A stretch of DNA of 63,752 nt, counting the filler. It is 5 parts of 5 records of this genome, joined end to end, with 100 filler letters (N's around TTAATTAATTAA, not from the genome) between each part and the next. Parts side by side here need not be neighbours in the genome. Positions count along the whole stretch, not along the records: positions 1 to 9,014 come from SRR31156797_1296; positions 9,115 to 26,566 come from SRR31156797_1304; 3 more parts are not named here. One strand, given 5' to 3'. The notes under the pieces are model-generated. The model was given only the letters and a program-made list of their open reading frames with translations. It made no database searches and was not told the DNA's origin. This document shows positions 1 to 11,214 of the stretch, one piece after another. The number at the start of each line of letters is the position of its first letter. Positions within the stretch are counted from its first letter, which is position 1. The translations under genes and the position numbers were made by a program.

Positions 1-1
1 T

Positions 2-304
2 AACGATACCGTGGTTGTATTTGACCGTATCAGGGAGTATTTAGGCTTACATCCAAAACGCGATAGAGTAAGCGTAGTTGATTCTGCATTAAACTCAACG
101 ATAAGTCGTACTGTAAATACATCATTAACTACTTTTGTTGTATTACTAGTTATCTTCTTATTCGGAGGTGAAGTAATTCAAGGTTTTGTATTTGCATTAA
201 TGCTTGGTGTAGTAGTAGGTACTTACTCATCATTGTTTATTGCAACACCGGTAGCTTTTTCTGCTATTGATGCTAAAAACAAAAGAAGCGCAAATAAGAA
301 ATAA
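2..304 (+). CDS. secDF: Protein translocase SecDF, C-terminal part (5' truncated)
   Basis: NDTVVVFDRIRE...SRTVNTSLTT...GTYSSLFIA are SecF signature segments; the frame is open from position 2. Confidence 0.92.
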   Translation, partial: NDTVVVFDRIREYLGLHPKRDRVSVVDSALNSTISRTVNTSLTTFVVLLVIFLFGGEVIQGFVFALMLGVVVGTYSSLFIATPVAFSAIDAKNKRSANKK

Positions 305-324
305 GTTTTTCTAAGATATTTTAA

Positions 325-365
325 AAGACACCCTTTAAACCGAAAGGCTTAAAGGGTGTTTTGTT
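325..365 (+). terminator. Intrinsic terminator after secDF
   Basis: Inverted repeat ACACCCTTTAA/TTAAAGGGTGT followed by a T-rich tract. Confidence 0.75.
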
Positions 366-399
366 TTTATTATCTTTGAACGAATTAAAAAAGAGACTT

Positions 400-774
400 A
401 TGTATTTCGGTATATTCTCATTTGGAAGTGGTGAAATTATTCTTGTATTGATAGCGGTGTTGCTTTTATTTGGTGCTAATAAAATTCCTGAACTGGCTCG
501 TATGCTGGGTAAAGGAATGAATGAGTTCAGAAGGGCTACAGATGATATCAAAAAAGAGTTTAGAGAGGGAGCTGATGACTTTAAAAAAGATATTGAGGAT
601 GGAAAAAAAGACATCGAACATCATATTCATGAAATAGGTGACACTTTAAAGGAAGAAGAGAGTTATAAGCCTTATCAGGATTTAGACAAAGATAAATCAG
701 AAGACCAGTCGTTGGATACACAGGCGCAGCCCAGACCTAAAAAAAATTATAATACCGAGAACGAAACAGAATAA
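400..774 (+). CDS. tatA: Twin-arginine translocase TatA/TatE subunit
   Basis: GEIILVLIAVLLLFGANKIPELARMLGKGMNEFR motif. ATG at 400 preferred; a Bacteroidota -7 box TATCTTTG lies at 371-378. Confidence 0.9.
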   Translation: MYFGIFSFGSGEIILVLIAVLLLFGANKIPELARMLGKGMNEFRRATDDIKKEFREGADDFKKDIEDGKKDIEHHIHEIGDTLKEEESYKPYQDLDKDKSEDQSLDTQAQPRPKKNYNTENETE

Positions 775-780
775 ATTTTC

Positions 781-1716
781 ATGGGATTTTTAATGGTGAT
801 AGCAGGATTTGTCCTGCTTTTTTTTAGTGGTGACTGGTTGGTTAAAGCAAGTGTTCAGATTGCTCGTTATTTTAAAGTTTCTACACTCGTTGTTGGTATA
901 ACAGTGGTGGCTTTTGGTACTTCTGCACCCGAATTAATAGTTAGTTTAAATGCCGTTTATGATGGCGTCCCGGATATTTCTGTTGGAAATGTTATTGGAT
1001 CTAATATTGCCAATATAGCACTGGTGCTTGGAATGGTTGCAGTTATATTACCTATTACGGTTAAAAAGAATTCTATTTTTACAGACTGGCTGGTAATGAT
1101 GGTAGCCTCCATATTGTTTTTCGTTTTTGCATTAAATGGGAAAATACAATTTTTTGAAGGTGTCATATTTGTGGCTTTAATTGTAATTTATCTTGTGTTT
1201 TCAGTGGTAAAATCACGACGACAATTAGGGCAATCCAAAGAAATTGTATTACAACCAAGCATGAAGATGGGATATGCAGTGTTGCTTTTGATTTTATCAG
1301 CTGCAGGATTGTACTTCGGATCTGAGTTTTTAGTAAGAGGTGTAATCATTGTTGCTAAGGGGTTCAATATTAGTGAACGAGTAATTGGCGTGTCCGTTGT
1401 TGCTTTTGGAACAAGTGTACCAGAACTAGCAACTTCCGTAATGGCGGCTGTCAAGAAAGAAACTTCGATCTCTATCGGTAATATTATTGGTTCTAATATA
1501 TTTAATATTTTAGCGATACTTGGAATTACCTCTATTCTAAAACCTATTGGTGTTTCTGAAATGCTCATAAAACAGGATTTGTGGTGGATGATGGGGGTTG
1601 CATTGGTTTTAATGTTGTCGTTAATACCATTAAAGCGGGGAACCATCAGTAGATGGAAAGGATTGGTGCTGTTAAGCATTTATGTGCTATATATGTTTAT
1701 TCTTTTTACCAAATAA
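781..1716 (+). CDS. Calcium/sodium antiporter (YrbG family)
   Basis: Two alpha repeats: GTSAPEL...GNVIGSNIANI and GTSVPEL...GNIIGSNIFNI. Confidence 0.92.
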   Translation: MGFLMVIAGFVLLFFSGDWLVKASVQIARYFKVSTLVVGITVVAFGTSAPELIVSLNAVYDGVPDISVGNVIGSNIANIALVLGMVAVILPITVKKNSIFTDWLVMMVASILFFVFALNGKIQFFEGVIFVALIVIYLVFSVVKSRRQLGQSKEIVLQPSMKMGYAVLLLILSAAGLYFGSEFLVRGVIIVAKGFNISERVIGVSVVAFGTSVPELATSVMAAVKKETSISIGNIIGSNIFNILAILGITSILKPIGVSEMLIKQDLWWMMGVALVLMLSLIPLKRGTISRWKGLVLLSIYVLYMFILFTK

Positions 1717-1723
1717 TTGAAAT

Positions 1724-2374
1724 ATGATAGTTGCAAAAGGGATTAAAAAGCAGTTTGGAGACCTACAGGTTCTCAACGGAATCGATCTTGAAGTAAAAAG
1801 TGGAGAAGTAGTTTCCATTGTAGGTCCGAGTGGTGCCGGTAAAACAACTCTTTTGCAAATTTTGGGTACATTGGATAAACCAAATTCTGGCGAAGTCGCT
1901 ATTGATAATACAGTAGTTCAGCAATTAAGCGAAAAAGAACTGGCCAGGTTTCGTAATGAAAATATTGGTTTTGTATTTCAGTTTCATCAGCTTTTGCCTG
2001 AATTTACTGCTTTAGAGAATATTATTTTACCGGCCTTGATTGCAGGTAAAAATAAAAATAAGAGCGAACGAAAAGCAAAAGAATTACTTTCATTTCTGAA
2101 TCTTAAAGATAGAGAAACGCATAAACCAGCTGAGTTAAGTGGAGGAGAAAAGCAGCGAGTGGCCATTGCCAGAGCTTTAATTAATAATCCTGCAGTGGTA
2201 TTTGCAGATGAACCAACAGGAAGCCTCGATTCTCAAAATCAGGAGGAATTACAACGTTTATTCTTTAAATTAAGAGATGAATTCCAGCAAACCTTTGTAA
2301 TTGTTACCCACGATTTGCACTTGGCACATCTTAGCGACAGGGAGATTAAAATGAAAGATGGATTTGTTCAGTAA
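1724..2374 (+). CDS. lolD: ABC transporter ATP-binding protein (LolD-like)
   Basis: [42 protein letters not shown]. Confidence 0.8.
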   Translation: MIVAKGIKKQFGDLQVLNGIDLEVKSGEVVSIVGPSGAGKTTLLQILGTLDKPNSGEVAIDNTVVQQLSEKELARFRNENIGFVFQFHQLLPEFTALENIILPALIAGKNKNKSERKAKELLSFLNLKDRETHKPAELSGGEKQRVAIARALINNPAVVFADEPTGSLDSQNQEELQRLFFKLRDEFQQTFVIVTHDLHLAHLSDREIKMKDGFVQ

Positions 2375-2379
2375 ATGAA

Positions 2380-3141
2380 ATGGAATTACAGGAGCTAAAA
2401 GGATTTTTAGATGAAAAGGTTTTGCAATATAATGCCCCCTCTTTTATAGAATCTGATCCGATTTCTTTACCAAAACAATTTACAAGGAAAGAAGATATTG
2501 AAATAGCTGGTTTTTTAGCAGCAACCATTTCGTGGGGACAGAGAAAAGCCATTCTTAAATCAGGAAATCAAATTCTAAAATGGATGGATCACCAACCATT
2601 AGATTTTATTATGCATAGTGATTTTGATGCTATTCCGTCCGGTTCGGTATACCGTACTTTTAATCATGAGGATTTGCGTTATTTCTTTTATGCATTACGA
2701 AATATATATCAGAAGCACGGAGGTTTAGAGAAAGTTTTTACTGATGGATATCTGGCTAATCAATCATTAGCAGATGCGATAGTTCATTTTAGAAATATTT
2801 TTACTTCGCATCAAGAACCAGGAAGGTCTGGAAAGCATTTGGCCAGTGTTGCAAAAGGTTCGTCAGCAAAACGTATTTGCATGTACTTGAGGTGGATGGT
2901 ACGGAAAGATGCTATGAAGGTAGATTTTGGTTTGTGGAAGAATATAAGTGCAGCTGATTTATGCTTACCACTGGATGTGCATACCGGTAATATTAGCCGT
3001 AAATTAGGTTTGCTAAAAAGAAAGCAAAGTGACTGGAAAGCAGTAGAAGAAGTTACTGCCCAGCTTAAGCAATTAGATCCCAACGATCCTATTAAATACG
3101 ATTATGCGTTGTTTGGTTTGGGTGTTTTTGAGAAGTTTTAA
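2380..3141 (+). CDS. TIGR02757/DUF2400 family protein
   Basis: FIESDPI, SSAKRICMYLRWMVR, PLDVH, DPIKYDYALFG motifs. Confidence 0.85.
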   Translation: MELQELKGFLDEKVLQYNAPSFIESDPISLPKQFTRKEDIEIAGFLAATISWGQRKAILKSGNQILKWMDHQPLDFIMHSDFDAIPSGSVYRTFNHEDLRYFFYALRNIYQKHGGLEKVFTDGYLANQSLADAIVHFRNIFTSHQEPGRSGKHLASVAKGSSAKRICMYLRWMVRKDAMKVDFGLWKNISAADLCLPLDVHTGNISRKLGLLKRKQSDWKAVEEVTAQLKQLDPNDPIKYDYALFGLGVFEKF

Positions 3142-3143
3142 TC

Positions 3144-3860
3144 ATGGCAAATAATTACTTTAAGTTTAAGAAATTTACCGTTCAACAAGAGTTGGCTGCC
3201 ATGAAAGTGGGAACAGATGGAGTTTTGCTTGGCGCCTGGGCAAATGTTGAGTTTGCAGAACGGATTTTGGATGTGGGCACTGGTACTGGCTTAATTGCTT
3301 TAATGATGGCCCAGCGAAACTCCACAGCTATGATTGATGCTATTGAAATCGATGAGCAAGCCTGTCAGCAAGCAGGTATTAATTTTTCAAATTCTTTATG
3401 GAAGGAGCGGTTAAATGTTGAGCATGCGGGTTTTCAATCATATGTTAAAACGCAGGAAAAGAAATATGATTTAATAGTAAGTAATCCGCCTTATTTTTCA
3501 AATGCAGTAAAAAATGATTGCGATAAAAAGAAAACGGCCCGGCATACGGATTCTTTATCTTTTGATGAATTAATTGAAGGAGCAGCTTCTATGCTTTCAG
3601 AAGAAGGTCGTTTTTGCGTTGTTATACCAGCAGAAGTGGAAGACTCGTTTAATCAGTTAGCCTCTAAAAGTTCATTAAATTTAAATAGGTTATGCAGGGT
3701 AAAACCTACTCCTGCCAAGCCTCCCAAACGCGTGTTAATGGAGTTTTCTTTTATGGAAAAAGAATTGAAAACAGAAGATCTTATAGTCGAGGAATTTGGG
3801 AGACATCAATATTCGGAAAAGTACAAGTTGTTAACTAAGGATTTTTATTTGGCATTTTAA
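3144..3860 (+). CDS. yfiC: tRNA1(Val) (adenine37-N6)-methyltransferase
   Basis: FKFKKF...MKVGTDGVLLGAW, LDVGTGTG, SNPPYF, ARH motifs. Confidence 0.88.
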   Translation: MANNYFKFKKFTVQQELAAMKVGTDGVLLGAWANVEFAERILDVGTGTGLIALMMAQRNSTAMIDAIEIDEQACQQAGINFSNSLWKERLNVEHAGFQSYVKTQEKKYDLIVSNPPYFSNAVKNDCDKKKTARHTDSLSFDELIEGAASMLSEEGRFCVVIPAEVEDSFNQLASKSSLNLNRLCRVKPTPAKPPKRVLMEFSFMEKELKTEDLIVEEFGRHQYSEKYKLLTKDFYLAF

Positions 3861-3866
3861 TCTGTA

Positions 3867-5237
3867 ATGAGATATTTCAGGAAATCATATTATAGAAATT
3901 TTGCTCCGCATTATTGGCCTAATCTAAAATTAGCTTTGCCTGTAGTACTTTCGCAGGCTGGTCAAATGGTGGTTGGATTAGCTGATACCATTATGGTGGG
4001 GCAATTAGGAGCTACCGAGTTGGCTGCTGTTTCCTTTGCCAATAGTATCTTTATTTTAGGCTTTGTTTTAAATATTGGAATGTCGATTGCCGTTACGCCT
4101 TTAGTGGGAAAAAACTTTGGTGCAAAACACAAAGAAGAGTGTGGTTTTTGGCTTAAGCAAGGAATTATAGCCAATTTAATATTTGCCTTCTTTCAAATGG
4201 CTATCATGTTTGGAGTATCTTTTATAATGCCTTTCATGGGGCAGGAAGCTATTGTAATAGAGGTGGCCAAACCATATTATTTATTGCTTGTGCTATCGAT
4301 TTTGCCCTTCAATATTTTTATGGTTTTTAAGCAATTTGCAGAGGGGATTGCCAATACCCGTGTGGCTATGATGATTACCTTACTGGCTAATGCACTCAAT
4401 ATCGGTTTGAATTATTTCTTCATTTTTGGAAAAGCAGGTGTTCCTGCTATGGGTATTAATGGTGCAGGTTGGGCTACTTTAATTGCTCGTATCATTATGC
4501 CGATTGTATTTATATGGATTTTTCTGAAGATACCATTCTTTACTATTTATAAAGAAGCATTTAAAAGTGCCAAAATATATTGGAAAAAAGTGCTGGAGGT
4601 TATCAAGGTGGGGTTACCGATTGGAGGGCAAATGGTCATTGAAGTATTTGCTTTTAGCATGGGTGCCATTATGATGGGATGGATCAATCAGGAATCAATG
4701 GCCGCTCATCAGATTGTTATTTCAATGGCTAGTATTACCTATATGATGTCAGTTGGGCTTTCCTCAGCAGCTACCATAAAAGTGAGTAATTACAGAGGTT
4801 CGGGAGAATGGAAAGAAATTAAATTTGCAGCATATGCCATCGTACACAAAGTGATGTTGTTTATGGCTACAGCAGCTTTACTATTTGTGACTTTGAGAGA
4901 TTTTTTACCACATCTTTTTGTAAACGATATAAAAGTAATTGAAATAGCTTCAGGCTTAATGTTGGTGGCCGGTATTTTTCAATTGTTTGATGGTTTACAA
5001 GTGGTGTGGCTCGGAGCACTCAGAGGAATAGAGGACGTAAAAATGCCATCACTTATTGCCTTTGTTACATGGGGATTGATCGCGATTCCGGTTTCTTATC
5101 TGTGTGCTTTTCAGTTTAATTTAGGCGCTATTGGAATTTGGATTGGGTATTTAACAGGCTTATTCACCGGAAGTGTTTTGTTGCAATGGCGATTTTCACA
5201 TGTTTATAAACGATTGATTAGAGAAAACTTAAAATAA
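3867..5237 (+). CDS. MATE family efflux transporter (NorM-like)
   Basis: About 12 TM segments; LALP..DTIMVGQLG, FQLFDGLQV..GALRG. Confidence 0.9.
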   Translation: MRYFRKSYYRNFAPHYWPNLKLALPVVLSQAGQMVVGLADTIMVGQLGATELAAVSFANSIFILGFVLNIGMSIAVTPLVGKNFGAKHKEECGFWLKQGIIANLIFAFFQMAIMFGVSFIMPFMGQEAIVIEVAKPYYLLLVLSILPFNIFMVFKQFAEGIANTRVAMMITLLANALNIGLNYFFIFGKAGVPAMGINGAGWATLIARIIMPIVFIWIFLKIPFFTIYKEAFKSAKIYWKKVLEVIKVGLPIGGQMVIEVFAFSMGAIMMGWINQESMAAHQIVISMASITYMMSVGLSSAATIKVSNYRGSGEWKEIKFAAYAIVHKVMLFMATAALLFVTLRDFLPHLFVNDIKVIEIASGLMLVAGIFQLFDGLQVVWLGALRGIEDVKMPSLIAFVTWGLIAIPVSYLCAFQFNLGAIGIWIGYLTGLFTGSVLLQWRFSHVYKRLIRENLK

Positions 5238-5243
5238 TATACC

Positions 5244-5960
5244 ATGACAGTAGATGTAATTTTGTCGGCAAGGGAAATATTTCCTGATAAAGTAGAAGGA
5301 AAAACAGTAGTTGTGATTGATGTACTTCGCGCTACGTCGGTAATGACTACCGCATTGGCAAATGGAGCAAAGCAGATAATTCCTGTTCTTACACCTGAAG
5401 AAGCCTTTGAATGGCAAGAGAAGTTAGGTAAAGATAATGTGGTGTTAGGAGGAGAGCGTAATGCTGTTCCTATTCCGGGATTTGATTTTGGGAACTCACC
5501 TTTTTCATATCCGCCAGAAGTCATAAAAGATAAGACGCTGGTAATTACTACAACGAATGGAACTCGAGCCATCGTTAATTCCAAAGGAGCTAAAACGCTC
5601 TATGTAGGCGCTTTTTTAAATGATAAGGCTATTGTAGAGGCTGTAAAGGGCGAAGAAGAAGTGGTATTGGTGGCTTCTGGTTCTAAGGATTTATTTACCA
5701 TGGAAGATTCTCTATGTGCCGGAAAAATTGCATATGATTTGGAAAAAATAGTAGGTGCAGAACTAAGTGATGTGGCTATAGCCATGGCTACTTTATATGA
5801 GCAAAACAAACATGATATTCATGCGATTGGATCAAAAGCCCGTCATTATAAAAGGTTGACAAAATTAGGAGAGTTAAAGGATTTGGAGTATTGTTATGAA
5901 TCCAATAAACTAGATGTTGTGCCTGTTTATACAAAAGAAGGAATCTTAGTGAAAAAGTAG
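5244..5960 (+). CDS. comB: 2-phosphosulfolactate phosphatase family protein
   Basis: VVIDVLRATS, GER, FDFGNSP, TTTNGT, EDSLCAG. Confidence 0.9.
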   Translation: MTVDVILSAREIFPDKVEGKTVVVIDVLRATSVMTTALANGAKQIIPVLTPEEAFEWQEKLGKDNVVLGGERNAVPIPGFDFGNSPFSYPPEVIKDKTLVITTTNGTRAIVNSKGAKTLYVGAFLNDKAIVEAVKGEEEVVLVASGSKDLFTMEDSLCAGKIAYDLEKIVGAELSDVAIAMATLYEQNKHDIHAIGSKARHYKRLTKLGELKDLEYCYESNKLDVVPVYTKEGILVKK

Positions 5961-5968
5961 TAAATACA

Positions 5969-6006
5969 TTCAATCCGAATTACCATTCTTGTGTGTTCGG
6001 ATTGAA
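5969..6006. terminator. Hairpin between convergent genes (bidirectional terminator)
   Basis: TTCAATCCGAA / TTCGGATTGAA inverted repeat. Confidence 0.6.
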
Positions 6007-6022
6007 ATTCGTTTTTTGGGGT

Positions 6023-6211
6023 TTAGCATTGATCTTTAGGATCTTTTAAGAAACGATTGGTGGTGATATAAATGGCTAAGCCCAATATTTCTGCAAGCCC
6101 CGCTATGATAAAATGGATATTTTCAATTCTATTTTGAGTAGTGAAAAAAGCCAGTAAAACCCCACCACCAATAATAAAAAGTAAGCCTAAATTTTTAACA
6201 AAACACCTCAT
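6023..6211 (-). CDS. Small 2-TM membrane protein (62 aa)
   Basis: ATG at 6211 and TAA at 6025-6023 on the minus strand; two hydrophobic segments; lies directly downstream of the saccharopine dehydrogenase gene. Confidence 0.6.
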   Translation of the reverse strand: MRCFVKNLGLLFIIGGGVLLAFFTTQNRIENIHFIIAGLAEILGLAIYITTNRFLKDPKDQC

Positions 6212-6215
6212 ATCC

Positions 6216-7568
6216 TTACCATTCTTCCGGCCAGTGACTATCTTTTTTGATACTTTCTAAGAACTGAAATCCTGCCTCATTTTCTAACCTGTTTAAAATA
6301 GGCATGTAAATTTCTTTGTGAACTGGTTTAGCTAAACCTTTGTGCGCAATTTTTTTATTTAATAATAGTTCTGCAGCATAAGCTGCAGGCAACGAAACTG
6401 TTTTAGCAATAGCGGTATCTTCATTGTTTTTTCCCATTAAATGAAAAACACCATCCTTAATTTCTCTTTTCCCATCAGGGAGAGTGTATAAAATTTTAAT
6501 GTTTAATAAGGTCATATCTTTGTCAGATGGCAGCATTTTCATTTTTGAAACCATCCTATAGGTCAATACTTCCAAAGGGTTATGTGCTAGCCGACTATAA
6601 TAATTATTGGAGAAAAGCCCAAGCCATTCCATAGAAAGAATACCGTTGGAGTGGGTTTTAATATTATGCTTGCGGGCAAATTCATCCCGAAGATTCTCAG
6701 AGTGATTAATTTTACTTAGTTGAGATGTTAGTTGAGCATAGCTTAGATCATGGTTGTTCAACGATTCTTCCGAAAAATAACCGGCATCAATTAAAGTAGC
6801 CATTGTTTCGCACCAACCTTTGTACCTAAGTGTTCCTCTAAATAATGTTGAAGCTTCCTGAAGGTGATATAGCTCCTTGTATTTTAATGAATCCCGGTTG
6901 CCATAAGCGTCAAAAGAACCGATGCCCTCAAGGTAAAGAGGATAGGTGTCGTGCATTTGTTTAGCACCTTCTTGCTCAATTATTTGATTGTTCTTTAAGT
7001 AGCTTGTTTTTGCTGAGGTAGCACGCATTACTCCAATAGGACTCCACGAAAATTTATACCTGAAAGGGTTGTCTAAACATTCAGGGGCAGGTAATGCTCC
7101 ACATACAGATATGAATTTTTCTATTTTTCCGCCTTGCTCCTTAATTTCATCAATCATTTTAACAGCCCACATGTGGTCGATGCCCGGATCCAAGCCCATT
7201 TCGTTTAATATGGTAATATTACTTTTGCATGCATCAGAATGCAAAGATTCCATTTCTGGTTGTTGGTATGAAGTGGTTATTAAACTGCGGCGTTCTTTGA
7301 TACAGGCTTTGCAAACAATAGTATGTAGTGAATAAGGTAGAAGGCTGATTACAATTTGATGTTGATAGACTAAGGAGTTTAACTTTTCAATGTTACTGGA
7401 GTGCCACTCTACAGCTTCACCTAAAGGGTGATTTTGAATGACCATATCGGCCTGGTATAACAACTCAGAAGCTACAGTAACTTCATATTTGTTTTGTAAC
7501 AGGTGTTGAACCAAAGGAGCTGCTACCTTTCCTGCTCCAAGTACTAATATTTTATTATTGTTTGCCAT
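6216..7568 (-). CDS. Saccharopine dehydrogenase/reductase family protein
   Basis: ILVLGAG Rossmann motif, NEMGLDPGIDH, YKFSWSP, RGTLRY. Confidence 0.9.
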   Translation of the reverse strand: MANNNKILVLGAGKVAAPLVQHLLQNKYEVTVASELLYQADMVIQNHPLGEAVEWHSSNIEKLNSLVYQHQIVISLLPYSLHTIVCKACIKERRSLITTSYQQPEMESLHSDACKSNITILNEMGLDPGIDHMWAVKMIDEIKEQGGKIEKFISVCGALPAPECLDNPFRYKFSWSPIGVMRATSAKTSYLKNNQIIEQEGAKQMHDTYPLYLEGIGSFDAYGNRDSLKYKELYHLQEASTLFRGTLRYKGWCETMATLIDAGYFSEESLNNHDLSYAQLTSQLSKINHSENLRDEFARKHNIKTHSNGILSMEWLGLFSNNYYSRLAHNPLEVLTYRMVSKMKMLPSDKDMTLLNIKILYTLPDGKREIKDGVFHLMGKNNEDTAIAKTVSLPAAYAAELLLNKKIAHKGLAKPVHKEIYMPILNRLENEAGFQFLESIKKDSHWPEEW

Positions 7569-8087
7569 ACCTGATATTTAATATACAACAGCTTATTTAT
7601 AAAATCAACTGGTGTAGGTAATTTACTTTCTCTATAAATAGTTATGGAAGGAATTAAATCACAGAATTATTTTTTTAGCATATTCAAAGACGTTAATGTT
7701 ATCATAAATTTCTGCAAAAAGGTAATCTTTTATTAAGCAAGATATAAAATGAAGAATTGGAAAATCAATGTTCAAAAACTCCTGTGATATAAAATAGAGA
7801 CTTCTTTTTATGCAGTTTCTTACTTGTTAATCCTATTTTAATTGTAGTAATTGAGTTCTTTTTTGCATACGATTCCTTTTTGTGCTGATAATGAAGTTAG
7901 TAATTGCATCTTGTTTATGTAGGATATTTTCTAGATAATTAATTTAAATTATTGTTAATGATAAATTGTATTTAAAGTTTTTGAGTGTTGTCAATTAATA
8001 ATATTGCAAGTTGCAGGTAAGATAGGCTTAAAACGTATAGTGGATTTTTGCTGCAGACAAAATTTTACAAACTAAACTATCATTAAC

Positions 8088-9014
8088 ATGAATTTCATTA
8101 AACAGTCAGTTCGTTTTTTATCAGCTGCATTAATTTTAGCCAGTTCCTTATTTGTTGCTACATCATGTAGTGATGACGAGAAGGAAGTAATCATCGACCC
8201 AACTACAGATTACAAAACTCCAAAGTATGTATTCTTTTTTATTGGTGATGGAATGTCTAATCCTCAAATCAATATTACAGAAGCTGCTTTAAATAACGCC
8301 AGTTTCAGTCTTAAATCAGCAAACGTTGGTGTAGGAAGCTTAAATATTCAGGAGTTTCCAATTGTTGGTATGCAAACGACACATGCTCAAGATCGTTATG
8401 TAACTGGTTCTGCTGCATCAGCTACAGCTTTGGCAACAGGAGTTAAAACTACTATTGGTACTATTTCACAAACCGGAGATCACTCTGAAAATCTTCAAAC
8501 CATGGCAGAAATGGCTAAAGAAAAAGGTATGAAAGTAGGAATCATTTCAAGTGTTAGTATCGACCACGCTACACCAGCTTGTTTTTATGCACACACAGGT
8601 TCAAGAAATAACTATTATACAATTGGACAGGATTTAGCAACAAGTAACTTTGATTATTTTGCCGGAGGTGGTGTACGTTGGAATAAGTATGATTCAGATG
8701 GCGAAACAGCTGGATTGTCAGAAGATGTTAACTTGTTTTTAAACGCTTTAAATACGAATGGTTACACTTACGTAAATACTCGTTCTGCTTTTGATGCTTT
8801 GAATAGCGAATCAGGTAAAATTGTTGCTACTCTTGAAAAATTTGAAACTTCGGTGAGTGCAAATAGTGCTGCTCTACCTTATACTGTTGATTTAGATGAA
8901 GAAACATCAGAAAACAATACAATTACTTTATCAGAATTTACTCAAAAAGGTATTGAGATTTTAAATAATGATAAAGGTTTCTTTATGATGGTTGAAGGTG
9001 GTAAAATTGACTGG
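8088..9014 (+). CDS. Alkaline phosphatase, lipoprotein (3' truncated)
   Basis: Lipobox-like ATSC; FFIGDGM, VTGSAASATALATG, HATPA, MVEGGKIDW. Confidence 0.9.
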
Positions 9015-9114
9015 NNNNNNNNNNNNNNNNNNNNNNNNNNNNNNNNNNNNNNNNNNNNTTAATTAATTAANNNNNNNNNNNNNNNNNNNNNNNNNNNNNN
9101 NNNNNNNNNNNNNN
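9015..9114. other. Artificial contig spacer
   Basis: N-run + TTAATTAATTAA (stops in all six frames) + N-run; taxonomic signal changes across it. Confidence 0.97.
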
Positions 9115-9603
9115 AACTTGTTGGTCATCCATATCTCCATCAATCTCAACTTTTGGAGTAAGAGCTGCAACTGAGTCAACAATTACTAAATCAACAGCAC
9201 CACTTCTAATAACTGTTTCTAAAATCTCTAATGCTTGCTCCCCATAATCTGGTTGAGATACAAGTAAGTTATCAATGTCAACACCTAAGTTTCTTGCATA
9301 TACTGTATCTAAAGCGTGCTCTGCATCAATAAATGCACAAACTCCACCTGCTTTTTGACACTCTGCAATTGCATGTAGTGTAAGAGTTGTTTTACCTGAA
9401 GATTCTGGTCCATAAATCTCAATAACTCTTCCTTTTGGAAGACCACCAACTCCAAGACCTAAATCTAGACCTAACGAACCAGTTGAAATTGATTCTACAG
9501 GAACAACTTCTTTATCTCCAAGTCTAATAAGTGTTCCTTTACCAAATGCTTTATCTATTTGTTTTATAGCTAAGTCTAATGATTTCTTTTGATTATCATC
9601 CAT
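9115..9603 (-). CDS. recA: Recombinase RecA (3' truncated)
   Basis: [32 protein letters not shown]; Campylobacterota-like sequence. Confidence 0.97.
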
Positions 9604-9691
9604 TTTTTTTCCTAGTGTTCTTTTTATTTATGCTGAAATTTTAGCAAATTTTTTTTAAAGTAAGTGTTTTTATTGCAAAATGCAATAAATT

Positions 9692-9904
9692 TTATTCATC
9701 ATCTTTTGAGTGTCCATCTTTTTGTATTTTTTCAACACTCTCAATTGTTCTAATATGAGATGAAACTCTCTTTTGCATAGTATATTTTTTAATATGCTTC
9801 GCCAGAATTTTACTATATTTTTTATAATTTCTAGAGTCTTTCTCAAATGATGCTAATTTTTTCTGTATTTTTAGTATATCTTCCGGAATATTATTATGTA
9901 TCAT
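9692..9904 (-). CDS. Small basic hypothetical protein
   Basis: 70-aa ORF co-oriented with and upstream of recA. Confidence 0.6.
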   Translation of the reverse strand: MIHNNIPEDILKIQKKLASFEKDSRNYKKYSKILAKHIKKYTMQKRVSSHIRTIESVEKIQKDGHSKDDE

Positions 9905-9990
9905 ATAAAAGCCTAAAAGTAATTTTGATATATTATTACATACTATTCTTGAAATTAACTTTTTAGAAAATTAAATTACTTGGTTTAAAT

Positions 9991-11181
9991 ATGAATAATA
10001 TATTAGCTTTAATAGGACGTTCCAAAGAACTATTTACAGAAGATATAAAAAACTATAATGATAAATTGAAAGAAGTGGTTTCATCTTCTTCTTTTCTTGT
10101 AATTGGTGGAGCTGGGTCAATAGGACAAGCTGTTACTAAAGAATTATTTAAAAGAAACCCTAAAAAACTTCATGTTGTGGATATAAGTGAAAACAATATG
10201 GTTGAGTTAGTTAGGGATATAAGAAGTAGTTTAGGTTATATCGATGGAGAATTTGCAACTTTTGCTTTGGATATTGGTTCTTTCGAATATGATGCTTTTA
10301 TAAAACAAGATGGGAAATATGACTATGTTTTAAATCTATCAGCACTTAAGCATGTTAGAAGTGAAAAAGATCCATTTACTCTTATGCGAATGATTGAGAC
10401 TAACATATTTAATACAGATAAGACGCTCCAGCAGGCATATGATAATGGAGTAAAAAAATATTTTTGTGTAAGTACTGATAAAGCAGCAAACCCTGTTAAT
10501 ATGATGGGTGCAAGTAAAAGAATTATGGAAATGTTTGCAATGCGCAAATCTGAACAAATAGCTGTTTCTATGGCAAGGTTTGCGAATGTTGCTTTTAGTG
10601 ATGGAAGTTTGCTTCATGGATTTAATCAAAGAATCCAAAAACAACAACCTATTGTTGCCCCAAATGATATTAAAAGATATTTTGTTACACCACAAGAAAG
10701 TGGTGAACTTTGTTTAATGAGTTGTATCTTTGGTGAAAATAGAGACATCTTTTTTCCAAAGTTGAGTGAAGAATTACATCTTATTTCATTCTCAGATATT
10801 GCAATAAAATATCTTAAAAACTTAGGTTATGAACCATATAAATGTGAAAATGAAGACGAAGCAAGAAAACTTGCAGTGACATTACCTAAAGAAGGTAAGT
10901 GGCCTTGCTTTTTTAGTTCTAGTAACACAACTGGTGAAAAAGACTTTGAAGAGTTTTTTACTGATAAAGAGATTTTAGATATGAATAAGTTTGGAAATTT
11001 AGGTATTATAAAAAATGAAATTATTTATAATGAAGATAAATTAAACAACTTTGAAGATAGAATAAAAATATTGAAACAAAATCAAATTTGGTCAAAAGAG
11101 GATATTGTTGAAGAATTTTTTAAACTTATTCCTGATTTTGATCATAAGGAAATGGGAAAATATTTAGATGCAAAAATGTAA
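9991..11181 (+). CDS. legB: NDP-N-acetylglucosamine 4,6-dehydratase (LegB-like)
   Basis: GGAGSIG, LSALKHVRSEKDP, STDKAANPVNMMGASKR, RFANVAFSDGS. Confidence 0.88.
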   Translation: MNNILALIGRSKELFTEDIKNYNDKLKEVVSSSSFLVIGGAGSIGQAVTKELFKRNPKKLHVVDISENNMVELVRDIRSSLGYIDGEFATFALDIGSFEYDAFIKQDGKYDYVLNLSALKHVRSEKDPFTLMRMIETNIFNTDKTLQQAYDNGVKKYFCVSTDKAANPVNMMGASKRIMEMFAMRKSEQIAVSMARFANVAFSDGSLLHGFNQRIQKQQPIVAPNDIKRYFVTPQESGELCLMSCIFGENRDIFFPKLSEELHLISFSDIAIKYLKNLGYEPYKCENEDEARKLAVTLPKEGKWPCFFSSSNTTGEKDFEEFFTDKEILDMNKFGNLGIIKNEIIYNEDKLNNFEDRIKILKQNQIWSKEDIVEEFFKLIPDFDHKEMGKYLDAKM

Positions 11182-11214
11182 AAGGTATATTTTGAATCAA
11201 AAAAATGAGCATAT

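Noticed and set aside
9059-9070. TTAATTAATTAA palindrome as a biological site
   Set aside because: Embedded in N-runs and repeated identically four times; it is an assembly linker
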